The position numbers and the translations under genes were made by a program. DNA of 59,086 nt, counting the filler, from Dirinaria sp. TL-2023a (Eukaryota), in the NCBI GenBank assembly GCA_051941275.1. It is 3 parts of 3 records of this genome, joined end to end, with 100 filler letters (N's around TTAATTAATTAA, not from the genome) between each part and the next. Parts side by side here need not be neighbours in the genome. Positions count along the whole stretch, not along the records: positions 1 to 19,655 come from JAVEBF010000321.1; 2 more parts are not named here. One strand, given 5' to 3'. Shown piece by piece: positions 1 to 10,972 of the stretch. Below the pieces are notes generated by a model. That model did no database searches, had not been told where the DNA came from, and worked only from the letters and a program-made list of their open reading frames with translations. Position 1 is the stretch's first letter; each line of letters opens with the position of its first letter.

Positions 1-350
1 GGTGTTGGTAGGGAGGACGGGCGAGGATTTTGGGCGGCGGCGGCAAACAGGGGGTTTGGCGGAGTTTGCTCTGACTTTTTACTCCCATTTCCGCCGATAT
101 CTAAGTTTTGTCGTCACACTCTTCAGCAGTAGAGGGAGGTCTCGGTAAGACCGAGGGACGAGTTGTAGGACTAAGGACTGCTCTCGATCTAGATACCTAA
201 GCGAGAACTACCTAAAAAGTATCATGGACGTCATTTTGCCTCTGCCACCGACGAAATCAAAATGGCTTTCCACGAACTTCATAAGATTACCAGAATAATG
301 CTACGCCAGCCAAATGCAGGATCTGTAGACTGCCGCCTGTCTTTCCAAAC

Positions 351-1574
351 ATGCAGTCCAACGGGACCAGCAAGCGAGTTTCCTACGCCACAACGACCAG
401 CACCGGAACCTACTCACTACCACCACCGCAGCGCCCGACCTACAAAATCGCGTCGATTCCAGCTGACGGCATCGGACCCGAAGTGATTCGCGCTGGGATC
501 CAGGTGCTCGAAGCACTCGCTGTCACACTCGGAGAGTTCACGCTTGATTTCACGCATTTCGATTGGAGTAGCGAGTACTATCGAGAGCATGGAAGATATA
601 TCCCGGAGGGAGGGTTAGAGGAACTCAAGAAGTACGACGCAATCCTCTTTGGCTCCGTCGGCGCTCCTGACGTTCCCGACCACATTTCTCTGTGGGGCTT
701 GCGCTTGGCGATTTGCCAGCCGCTGCAGCAGTATGCGAATGTACGACCCACGAAGGTTTTGCGGGGTACGGAGTCCCCGCTCAAGAATTGCCAGCCCGGG
801 GATCTGGATTGGGTCATTATCCGTGAGAACAGCGAGGGCGAGTACGCGGGTCAAGGCGGCCGCAGTCATATCGGACAACCGTGGGAAGTGGCTACGGAAG
901 TTTCAATCTTCACACGGCATTGCGTGGAGCGGTTGATGCGCTTCGCGTTCGAGGTTGCCGAGAAACGAGAGAGGCGGAGAATCACGGTGGTCACGAAGAG
1001 CAATGCGCAGAGAAATGGATTGGTGCTCTGGGACGAGGTTGCGAGCGAGGTCGCAAGGGAGTTTCCGAACGTTGAGTGCGACAAAATGCTGGTCGATGCT
1101 ATGACTACGAGAATGGTGTTGAAACCCGAAACGCTGGATACAATTGTTGCCACGAATTTGCATGCCGATATCCTGAGCGATCTGGCGGCCAGCTTGGCTG
1201 GCAGCATTGGCATAGCACCTACTAGCAATCTGGATCCGACAAGGCAAAACCCGAGTATGTTCGAGCCTATCCATGGTAGCGCGTTTGATATAACGGGCAA
1301 AGGGGTCGCGAACCCTGTCGCTACTTTCTGGACCGCCGCGGAAATGCTGAGGTGGCTGGGCCATAGAGATGCTGCCGAGAGTCTGCTAGAGTGCGTGGAG
1401 AATGTCTGTGAAGCGGGCATCAAGACGAAAGACTTGGGAGGGACAGCCACAACCACCGAGGTCGCTGATGCGGTTTGTAATGAGATTGAGAGATTACTGG
1501 GGTTTGATCTCAGCCCTTCGACTTCAGTAAGACGCAAAAAACCAACGCCGAAGAGGCTGAAGCTTGGATTTTGA
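351..1574 (+). CDS. Tartrate dehydrogenase/decarboxylase-like enzyme (isocitrate/isopropylmalate dehydrogenase family), intronless
   Basis: 407-aa ORF with IASIPADGIGPEV, QYANVRP, IIRENSEGEY, VTKSNAQRNG, NLHADILSDL and SMFEPIHGSAFDITGKGVANP; PDHISLWGL is typical of the TtuC/tartrate dehydrogenase subgroup. Confidence 0.9.
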   Translation: MQSNGTSKRVSYATTTSTGTYSLPPPQRPTYKIASIPADGIGPEVIRAGIQVLEALAVTLGEFTLDFTHFDWSSEYYREHGRYIPEGGLEELKKYDAILFGSVGAPDVPDHISLWGLRLAICQPLQQYANVRPTKVLRGTESPLKNCQPGDLDWVIIRENSEGEYAGQGGRSHIGQPWEVATEVSIFTRHCVERLMRFAFEVAEKRERRRITVVTKSNAQRNGLVLWDEVASEVAREFPNVECDKMLVDAMTTRMVLKPETLDTIVATNLHADILSDLAASLAGSIGIAPTSNLDPTRQNPSMFEPIHGSAFDITGKGVANPVATFWTAAEMLRWLGHRDAAESLLECVENVCEAGIKTKDLGGTATTTEVADAVCNEIERLLGFDLSPSTSVRRKKPTPKRLKLGF

Positions 1575-1674
1575 AGCTGAAAATTTGTTTGAGCGGAGTA
1601 CTCTTCTCAAGTCGTACACCCACACCCCATGTAACGAACGAAGGGTTTCTCATTCCTCGAGACGAGAGCAGAGG

Positions 1675-2211
1675 TTAGAAGTCCAAGACACCGAGGACAC
1701 CATCAACGACGCCATCAACGACACCATCGGAGCCGCCATCAAAGCTTCCGCCATCAAGGCTTCCACCGTCGAGGCTTCCGCCGTCGCCAGATCCACCGTC
1801 GTTGGCCGGCACTGTATCTCCCCTCTCTGGTCTGCTTTGCCTCTCGCCGATTGGAGCATTGCCTCCGTGGTCTCCGTTGTCCCTCTTCCGGTCGAGGTCT
1901 TCGCTGAATTTGCTTCGTGATCGTGGAAAAGAGCTTGGAGTGATTTGAGGAATGGCATCTTCGACCCCTGATTTTAGCTGCTCGCCCAGATTCGCAGCAC
2001 GATGATCCTCCTCCTCCTTCTCAGTCGTAAATGCTCGGGAACTGTAGCGCCTATCAATTTGCTTCGAAAACCGAAAGCAAGAAACCGGTGCTGTTCTTTG
2101 ATTAATGGGGCGTAGCTGCGATCGTGGTGAAAGGGCGATTCGAGCTGGATCCAGAGCGAAGCGTGGGTGACGCGAAAGTGTTGCAGCACCTGCCGTGGCC
2201 GCCCTCAGCAT
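1675..2211 (-). CDS. Orphan 178-aa ORF with mitochondrial-presequence-like N-terminus and DGGS/DGVV repeat tail
   Basis: True ATG at 2211; the first ~60 aa are Arg/Ser/Ala-rich with few acidic residues; the C-terminus is encoded by 12-15-bp tandem repeats. No family recognised. Confidence 0.4.
   Translation of the reverse strand: MLRAATAGAATLSRHPRFALDPARIALSPRSQLRPINQRTAPVSCFRFSKQIDRRYSSRAFTTEKEEEDHRAANLGEQLKSGVEDAIPQITPSSFPRSRSKFSEDLDRKRDNGDHGGNAPIGERQSRPERGDTVPANDGGSGDGGSLDGGSLDGGSFDGGSDGVVDGVVDGVLGVLDF
1700..1805. repeat. Degenerate 12/15-bp tandem repeat
   Basis: Units ccatcaacgac x2, then gccatcaaagcttcc / gccatcaaggcttcc / accgtcgaggcttcc / gccgtcgccagatcc. Confidence 0.8.
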
Positions 2212-3715
2212 TCTGAATTTCCAAGATCAGAGGACTGCTCGCATCGGTCGTTCACAGCGATCTGCAGTATCGCATATTCTAAACCCGTCGAGGGAGCTGC
2301 GGAGCGCGTTACAGTATCTTCATATCTTCAACTGGACCTGAATGAGTCATCGGCCTTGTTTGCCTAATATGCGCCCCCGGTTTGTACCGAGAACACGGAC
2401 CAACCGCCTCGATCGCGCTTCTCGTCAAACTCTCCACTAAAGCATTTGCTAAAGTAGTCAGCATTTAGGGTATCAGCATTTTGAAGAAGAATGCTCTCAC
2501 TCAAGTAGTCTGGATGTCTCAATGGATCATATTCAACGATCCTCAGTGCCAAGACCCATGGGATGTGCCTACTGCTTATGCCTTGCTCGAGCGGGTCAAA
2601 CGGTCAATCTCTTATTCCCTTCGGCGCCAGATGACTCGAGTGAAGGCTGTAGAGGCTGAAAAGACCAAATCTCTCTACCTATGAAAGCTTCCCGTAATGG
2701 TCGCTCACGGGTGAAGCTCGAGGTCAGAATTTACCACATCCCGTTACTCTTACAGTGCTCTGCATCTTTCCGCAAGATTGTTAAGGACGGATTCGAATGC
2801 CAAGCCTCGTCTTTCCTTTAGACATCTCAAAGTCTCATTTGTCCAGCTCCGAAAGGCCTCATACTTTAGCACCAGACTTTTCACCGCCTGAAACTTGTAG
2901 CAGGGCTTTAAGATCCAGCCGCCGAACCACAACCCCCTTCAGACGCGTCTGTTTGTTGAGTAGTGCTTTGTAGCACAGCGGATGCACAGTTATAGCGCGG
3001 AATCTTAGCATCCAAGAATGTTTTTGCGGAGCTTTCTGCTCTCACGAATGCTGTGGAAGGATGGCCTTGCTCGAAATTTGCGGAGGAAGTTTGGCATACA
3101 GTGAAAGAACTCCATTCGCAGTGTAGACAATCATGTTTCAATCCTTCTAAGGCAACGCGAGGACTTAGAGCTGAGATAGGCCAAGGCAGTGGTCAAGGTT
3201 TTCCTTACCTTAAGGTACAGAAGTAGATGAAGGAGTAACAAGTGTACTCTGGGGTGATAACCTTAGAAACGTCATCCCGCATGCTCCTTCGACATTGGCC
3301 GCAGGCTCGCAGCAGTCGGGTCCCACCTGAGGTACTGTAAGGTAAGGTAAGGGAGACACATGCATCCGGAAGATTATGCATGCCTCACCGTATGACCAGC
3401 TGGCTGTCTTGCCTTACCTTATCATCTCAGCTCATTTCCAAGGCGACCCTCGACCTCGGCATTCACGGGTTTAGAATCGCTGCAAAGGCTTGGCGCTATC
3501 TAAGGTCTGCCCCCCCCCCTTAGACTCATCTCTTGATCCTAAACCGTTCCCAATGCGATGAACGAGCGGCAAAGTTTGTCGATACAAGTTGCCGTGAACA
3601 ACATGCACTTTCCCCTTCTACAAACTATAGGGCTGAACTACACTGATGCTTTCTGATACCCTAATACCTTGGAGAGCTGCTTCATGTGATAGCTCCGTCT
3701 CACAACGCCATCGGA

Positions 3716-5168
3716 ATGTCGCAACGTTCAAAAGACGGGAGTGCCTCGGAATCTCTTAATAAGCAGGAGCAAATACCTGAGGCGACCTCGACTCCCGCAA
3801 ACACAAGCTCTGCCCCTCCCGATGGTGGACTACGTGCCTGGTCTGTGGTGTTTGGAGGATTCAGTGCTCTTGTTTGTACCTTTGGCTATTTGAACTCCTT
3901 TGGGTATGTAGATATCCCTTCGAACCTCGGTTCTATCATGTTCGTCGCATTTCTGACAGCCGTGGGAAAGAGTCTTTCAATCTTACTATTCGAGTCATTT
4001 CCTGGCACAAAGGTCCTCTAGTGCAATCTCCTGGATTGGTTCACTACAAGTCTTCTTTCTCTTTCTGGGAGGCATCCTCTCCGGACCACTCACCGACCGC
4101 TATGGCATCAGAATTGTCCTTATCCCATCCTCCGCCAGTCTGGTTTTCTCCGTGATGATGGTCAGCCTGGCAACTCGATATTACGAATTCATCCTGGCCC
4201 AGGGCGTGCTATTCGGACTCGCATGTGGTATGATTTTCACCCCAACTGTTTCGACTGTGGGACAGTACTTTACAAGCAAACGAGCGTTTGCCATGGGCAT
4301 CGTGGTCAGCGGCGCATCAGTGGGAGGCGTCATATTCCCTATTGCGTTAAACCGCCTTCTCAACGACACTTCGCTTGGATTTGGCTGGACGATTCGCATC
4401 ATCGGCTTTATTATGCTTGCGCTCATGCTATGCGCTTGCGTTGTGATGAAGGAACACGCCGCACGACGCAAGCACGGCTTCTTTCTACCTGAAGCCTTTC
4501 GTTCCTGGCCATACGTCCTGACACTCATGGGCTTCTTTTTCAGTCTCTTTGGTTTTTGGACACCGATCTTCTACATTGCAGATTATGCGCGGGCTAGGCA
4601 TGTGAATGCTCGCCTTGCCTTCTACGAAGTCGCCATCCTCAACAGTGCAAATTTGTTTGGGCGGACGATTCCCAACTTTGCAGCTGATAAGATTGGAAGT
4701 TTCAACGTCAACATCATTGTTACACTTTGCACCGCCATTCTGCTGTTCTGTTGGACGGCCGCGGAGTCAACCGGAGCCATCACCGTCTTCAATGTGTTAT
4801 ACGGCTTCTTCCAAGGAAGCCTTGTCTCTCTAATTTCGCCTTGTCTAGCACGTGGTAAGTCTTAATCCAAGCCTTTCATTCGCAGACCATGGATAGCAGT
4901 CAAAAAGACCCCTGTGAGAACGCTGAAGAGCTTGTTAACGCTAGCCATAGTCTGCCCCAAGCCAAATGACATCGGAACATATATTGGCATGGCACTTGCG
5001 ATCTGCAGTTTCGGCGGACTTGCCGGTACCCCTATCAATGGCGCATTAATTACTAGATACGGCTTCCTGAGCTCAAGCATGTTCAGCGGCGCTTTTGTAT
5101 TGGCTGGCGCGGGTTCCTACTTGGCAGCCAGACTGTCACTCAATAGCACCATTACAGCCAAAATATAG
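3716..5168 (+). CDS. MFS monocarboxylate-porter family (Mch-like) transporter, 2 introns (~3904-3970, ~4855-4950)
   Basis: PPDGGLRAWSVVFG, ISWIGSLQ, LTDRYG, QYFTSKRAFAMGIVVSG, GFGWTIR and GRTIPNFAADKIG motifs; multiple hydrophobic helices; GTATGT and GTAAGT donors restore a continuous frame. Confidence 0.9.
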
Positions 5169-5552
5169 TTAATTACATTATCTAAGTACGAAATGGGTAT
5201 GGGAAGTACGAAACTTTGCATGCTAGAGTTTAGAGACTTCGCAATGAAATTAGGAGTCACGCCAGCTTAGCTACTCTCCTACTGTAAACACTCTGTACCT
5301 TATGTATTCGTCCGCTAAGGCTAGCCCTACGGGCTTGTTAGTCATATATTTGTAATCAAAAGTCCATGAAATCTCTCCCAAAAACATCGAAGGTAGCGTT
5401 CCTCCCACAATTTTCCACATGTTTGCCTGCGATTTATTTCGGCTGCGGGGAAATATCTATATCTGTGGCAAGATCTGCCTCTGAGAACCTCAATTGGTCG
5501 AAATTTAGGCTTTAAGTATATGATTTTCGAACGGTTGTGAAATCTCTCTATC

Positions 5553-6080
5553 ATGGCTCTACCCAAAGAACATCTAGATGACTTCTCAAGAGAGCCGTGG
5601 TGTCGTAGTCTACTGACATCTCCTGACTATGAAGTGCAGCCGACTCCCTCGCGGGAGATCCCGCAGCCAGATCCAAATCACGCACACTCGTTCTTCTCCG
5701 GAACACTAGCCACCGAACAGGGACTTCGTGCGGTAATTTCTCTGGAAGAGTTGGCCACTGGAAACTTAGTTATGCTCTTCTCCCTGGGTACAGGCTTGAA
5801 TGGGCCCCAGGGTATTGTCCACGGCGGTTTGATTATGACATTACTTGACGCTGCAACTGCATTACTTGCGCATCGGGTAACCAAAAGTCCCGTACTAACT
5901 ACACGGCACGAGATAACGTTTCAAAGAAAGATGACCGGACCCTGCATAGTGCTCGCACGAGCATCGATCCGTCATCAACATGGCAACAGCATTGTCACGG
6001 AAGCCCAATTGGAAGATGGAGCTGGAAACATATATGCGAAGACAACAGCCACTTTGTTGAAGAGAGCGGCGAAGTTATAG
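5553..6080 (+). CDS. Hotdog-fold (PaaI/THEM4-like) acyl-CoA thioesterase with C-terminal PTS1 (AKL)
   Basis: LNGPQGIVHGGLIMTLLD signature; C-terminal -AKL matches the peroxisomal targeting signal 1 consensus. Confidence 0.88.
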   Translation: MALPKEHLDDFSREPWCRSLLTSPDYEVQPTPSREIPQPDPNHAHSFFSGTLATEQGLRAVISLEELATGNLVMLFSLGTGLNGPQGIVHGGLIMTLLDAATALLAHRVTKSPVLTTRHEITFQRKMTGPCIVLARASIRHQHGNSIVTEAQLEDGAGNIYAKTTATLLKRAAKL

Positions 6081-7133
6081 TCTAGGACTAACGTCGACTT
6101 CACCCCTTCCAGCATAACCTCCTTTACTTCTCGGAACATCACGACCCGATATGATGGCCTCTGATTTGATTCTCTCCCACTCCAGCGCTGTATGTCTCTC
6201 TCCATTCTCCGATCGAGGTATCCTACCGCCAAAATCCAGTGGCGCCATCAAAGCATCCTTTTGTGGCCTGGCTAGATAGGCGACGCTCAGTTTTGTGTCA
6301 TTTGCTTGTGCCCCTGGCGCATACGAGACACGATGCAGGTCACTTCTAAGGATACCTCCGCTCCATTCAGCCATGGCATCACCCATGTTGACGACGACGC
6401 AATTATCCTCAGGTTTAACATAGGCCCAGTTCTGCTCCTCATCTGTAGATCCGGGCGGAAGGACCTGTAACCCACCGATGTTCGTGCCGAGTATAGTAAT
6501 GGTGCCAATATCTGTGTGGCCAACAAGACTCGTTCGACGGTCCCCAGGAGGCTGAGGCAAATAGCGAAGTAGGCGCAGTGATGTTTGGGAAGGCTCTGCC
6601 AAGCTCTGAAGCCCTGCCAGAGTGCCTGCTGGCAGTTCTAAGTGCTTGTCCAGGTGGGAACAGATGAGTTCGACCAGCCTATGAGCGCCGCGAATGAAAG
6701 AAGCGATGTCATCTCTGTGGGACTGCACAGCCTCTGGATTGTCCGGCCGTTTCGGATCCGATGCCGTGCCCAAGATGTCGTCCTGGCTCAGCGTCCATGC
6801 TTCGTAACGGTCAGGAGCGCCGGATTCGACCTTGTTTCTGCCAGCTTGTTTGAACCCGAAAAGCTGTTTGGGTGGGGCATATGCGTGTTTCATCTTGGCC
6901 TCCTCTGGCAGCGAATGTAATGCTTCGTCCAACTCGTACATTCGTTGCAGATCAGCTTGGAACTGTCGTCCTTCTGCACCATCTGTGATCAAGTGAAAGA
7001 AACCGTACGTTTGGCATGCATGGAAAAGCCGTTCTGTTTCGCTTTCGTCATGGTCCAGCAGTTTCTCAAGCGAGAGCCGCGCAATATCAGCTGTTCTTAT
7101 ATCATCAGGGAATTCGTGAGTGCTACCAAGCAT
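6075..7133 (-). CDS. 2-oxoglutarate/Fe(II) dioxygenase (isopenicillin N synthase-like, DIOX_N plus 2OG-FeII_Oxy), intronless
   Basis: ACQTYGFFHL, LRLLRY, HTD iron motif, GGLQV, VVNMGDAMAEWSGG and the distal His in LHRV; ends -PRL. Confidence 0.9.
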   Translation of the reverse strand: MLGSTHEFPDDIRTADIARLSLEKLLDHDESETERLFHACQTYGFFHLITDGAEGRQFQADLQRMYELDEALHSLPEEAKMKHAYAPPKQLFGFKQAGRNKVESGAPDRYEAWTLSQDDILGTASDPKRPDNPEAVQSHRDDIASFIRGAHRLVELICSHLDKHLELPAGTLAGLQSLAEPSQTSLRLLRYLPQPPGDRRTSLVGHTDIGTITILGTNIGGLQVLPPGSTDEEQNWAYVKPEDNCVVVNMGDAMAEWSGGILRSDLHRVSYAPGAQANDTKLSVAYLARPQKDALMAPLDFGGRIPRSENGERHTALEWERIKSEAIISGRDVPRSKGGYAGRGEVDVSPRL

Positions 7134-7657
7134 CTTCGGACTTGGTGTTGTGTGTTACTTGGGCTCTGCTGGTCCTGGATCGATCAAAATCCACTGTTAT
7201 TTGGACGAAAAAGTGATCTAAATCCTACCGAAGATATCTAGCATTCGGAACGAGGAGTCGATGCCTAAGAGGCTGTGCGATTGGTCTCCTGGTGTGGGAT
7301 TGACTAGCGGTTGTTGGCTCCTGCCGCATTGCGCAACTGGCAAGGTTGTTCTTGGCATGGCATCTCCCCACATAGTACCTTAGTTGTCTCACAGAACTTT
7401 GTTCAAGCTCCTGTTCCTACAAGGATCACGATTCGTCATCATACCTTACATAAGGGTGAAACCGTGGACCCTCGGTTGAATCTGCCCCATGCGTCTACTA
7501 CCGTATGAGGAAATTACCGGAAAAAGACTGATCTCAAAGAGCTGCCTCGTGACAAGCGACACGCAGCTACGGCTCGGAATTCATGAATTATGCTCTAGTG
7601 ATGATTATGACCGGACCCTTTGATCAACAAATCTCGGCCCTGCGGAAAACTCCAACC

Positions 7658-8987
7658 TCACGCTATAACCGAATAACTTTGCGTGTCCAGATTATGTGAA
7701 TCCAAAGGCCACGGATCTTTCGACCCTGCCTGGCTTTGGCGGAAATTTGTCACGCTAATGTCGGTTTCCCTCTTTATGTTCATGTTGTCAAGAGGTACGC
7801 CAGCCGAGTTCCGAGATCCTTGAGCTCGAGGTGTACCAGCCATACAGCGAGCTCTGTGGCCTATGAGGGGAGGCGAGTCGGGCGTAATCTTGTCTTGATG
7901 CTTACTCTGGCTTAGCAACGACCATTTCTTCCAATACGATGAAATGTGGCTCATCCCGAAGGACACCCCGGAATGGCGTTGTAAGAACAGGTATACCATG
8001 CGACTCAGTGCAACATTGGCAGCTATGATACCAACGTTTGCTTCAGCGAACGCCCAGTAGTCAATGGATACCAAGGTCCATGTCTGGTCTCCCGATGTGT
8101 TGAGCACAGACAGCGCTGCCCTTGCAGACGCACATCCTGAAGCAATGAGTCCCAGAGACGTCAGCCCACAGATGGAGAATTTAATGCCTCTCGAGATTTG
8201 GACCTTCCAAAGAATAATGCATGGCAAAGTTGTACAAATAAGATCGGTAGCAACAGAGTAACCTAGGAACATCAGTTCTGCTCCTGCTCACCAGGGACAG
8301 CCCGGGCATGACACTCACCGACGGCGGCATAGATGAACCCGTTGTATATCCGGACATTCCAACACGTACCAGCTTCTCGATCCCAGAAGGCCCTCAGAGG
8401 CCGGCACTGCGCAAGGAGTATTATATCGCAGCTTCCGTTGGTGATGACCAAGCCTACCATCACCGCGGCCAAGAACCATCGCAGCCAACGCTTGGCACTG
8501 ATGCGGAAAATGTAAAGGCAAATTGATATCTTAATGAAGCATACAGTCAAGAAGATCAAGAATTCATTCCCCCAGGTCCATTTCATAATTTCGGCGATCT
8601 GATGTTTGTGCAGGTGTGCTTCATGCCGGCCGTTTCCCTCACTCAAACTCACCATCGTGAAGCAGAACGATATCAGACGAAAAGTCTAAGCCAAAACATG
8701 TGTCAGTGCCTTGGTCAGTCAGAGATGAGACGCAGCGACTGCGATAGTTGCTCATCGGAGGTGCAAGCGGCTGCGAGCCGTCTGCGTTGAAGATGTTTCT
8801 TTCGACGTACCATTGCAGTACTGATTGTGGCATCATCCCAACCCGCTTGACGGTTTATCAAGCGCACGCCAACGCGCACGATGGTGGTGGCCAAGGCCAA
8901 AGTTGTGAGGATTATCTCCTCCACCAGTAAGCCGGTGCCCCTTGACGGATCGTCTCCGGATGAGCGCGCGTGCAGGCCAGGTATCAT
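7658..8987 (-). CDS. PTH11-like / fungal rhodopsin-domain integral membrane protein without CFEM domain, 2 introns (~8810-8686, ~8318-8264)
   Basis: VRVGVR...GWDDATI, GNGRH, FIKISICLYIFRI, QCRPLRAFWD...GTC, ATDLICTTLP...LWKVQIS and WAFAEANVGIIAAN form a 7-TM pattern; spliceable introns link the three ORF pieces. Confidence 0.88.
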
Positions 8988-9884
8988 CGTGGCTGGAATC
9001 GATCAAGTTGCGGTAGGCAAGATTGGAAGCCTCGATGCCTGGTCGTGGATCGGAGATAACCGGCAACTTGAGGCAGGGAGTTCGGACGGAATTCCAGCAT
9101 CAGAATGCCTCTTTTTTTTCTCTTTCTTCTTGTCCTTGTTTTTTCATTCAATTGCAGCGTGCACTCAGCATGATGCCGTAATGTGGAGAAGGCAGAGATA
9201 GAATCGCATTATTACGTGGGCCGGCGATCTCAGAGGATTGGGATGGTTTTGAAGGGTGCGTACGAGTACCTGAGGATTCCGGGGTCGTCATCGAGGGCGT
9301 GATATGATACGCCGAAACGGTGCATCGGGATTCGAGCTGCGCTATTGCGGCACATGTTTGTTTTTTTTTCGCTGAGGAGGCGGAGAACAGCAAATAATAA
9401 TCACAGTAGCAGCCATCAGTAATCAGTCATGTAAGGGAGGTGGTAGGGGGCAAGGTGAGGTAATCTCGCCCTCCGTACCCCAACCCAACCCCATTTTAAG
9501 AAACACAGTGTCACACTTTCAGTCCTTCAGCCCTCGGCCTAAAGTAGGCTTGGCACGTAAGCCGGGGCCCAGGCAGCCAGGATTTGCAGGCGATGCAGGG
9601 GATGATCAGGGAACCAGGGATGACAAAGGAAAAAAAGCTTACCTCCTACTACTGGTTCGACATCGCAGTGTCGATCTGATCACACGTGCAGGTTTCGTTT
9701 GACTTTGGCATTTTCTTCGTCGATTGGTGCGCCTGCTCCGAAACGATGTGAAATGCTCCGCCTGAGTGCATGAATTTCTCTGTAGAGAGTAAGGTCAGGT
9801 AGGTACGGAGTACTACTAGTACCACTACAGCCTCCGGGACTGGACGATGCGGGTGTGGACACACAACGGTTTCCTGCTCCTGGT

Positions 9885-9919
9885 CTTGCTCGGTATTGCT
9901 TGCTCGGTATTGCTTGCTC
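9885..9919. repeat. 14-bp perfect tandem repeat, 2.5 copies
   Basis: cttgctcggtattg cttgctcggtattg cttgctc. Confidence 0.85.
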
Positions 9920-10972
9920 TGTTCTACAGTAGCACCGTAGCTTATCCTTCCATCAACCTTTGCGACCCCTCACAGACCTGAAAAGTAATACACTAATACT
10001 GTCCTTTCCACTCAGCCCATACTGGTTCCCCACCAGTTATCCGGATCATGGGGCCATTATTGGCGAGGGACAAAGAAAGAGCAGAAGCCTCCCGACTGTG
10101 ACTGGGTACGATTTCTTCTTATCGTTTGGGGGCTACCATCAATAGTCCAAACAGAAACTCCGGCAACCGGATCGTCGATGATGATGATGATTAGAGCATC
10201 CAGCTACCATACCCAGCCTAGAACATAAGGACCTTCCTTCTACCGTATGCGCTAATCGATCCGTAATTTAGAGCCAGCCTACCTTACCTTACCTTAGGTT
10301 GTCTAGAGCTAGCAAACACCGCCATTAGGATGACGCTCATCCTAGAGAAGCTAGACGTTCCGTTACGGAGGAATACTAAGCATTGTAGAAACCGTTGTAC
10401 CCCCGCGTCTAGTCACCGCCCGACCGGTGGAACGCGCCTCGAAAGGCTTATATGATCGAGCCACCATCCGCAGCGTCATCGGCACCATCAAACCTGGCCC
10501 TGTGTACTTGCACAGCAGCCTAATCTCGAGAAATCGATCCATTGGTCAAGACCAGGGGCATTTGGGGTCGGCACTGGTGTATCCAGACCCAGGCCCGGAT
10601 CCTCCCATTCCTCGATCTCGGAGGTCTGGCTGCTTGAGGTAAGGCAGAACACGCCTCTTGATGTGCACACACATTGTTTCGAATTACAGCAGGTCTCTTC
10701 AGCATTGTAGACTGTGTATCATACAGGAACACAGCCTTGAGCTGTTGATCTATAGTCTTTTCCTGTCTTCGACGAGTTCAGCCGCCAGTAGTAGTGTGCT
10801 TGACCAGAGATTTTCCAGAACATGTGATGTTGAACATACGTGGCGGCCCATGGCTAAGCTTTCAAGCGCTTACCTTTTTCCGGGTTTCTCCTCGTTGATT
10901 CCGTCTCGAGCGTCTCCCTTTACACGCTGTTGATCGATACTCTGACTTCTCCAATCCCTGAGGTCTGTCGAA

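Noticed and set aside
2250..3150. Several 60-80-aa ORFs on both strands, possibly a gene relic
   Set aside because: No consistent strand, splice structure or family motif could be supported.
5157..5168. MFS transporter ends in AKI, and the second GMC enzyme ends in WRL, both PTS1-like
   Set aside because: Polytopic membrane proteins are not imported via PTS1, and WRL does not fit the consensus.
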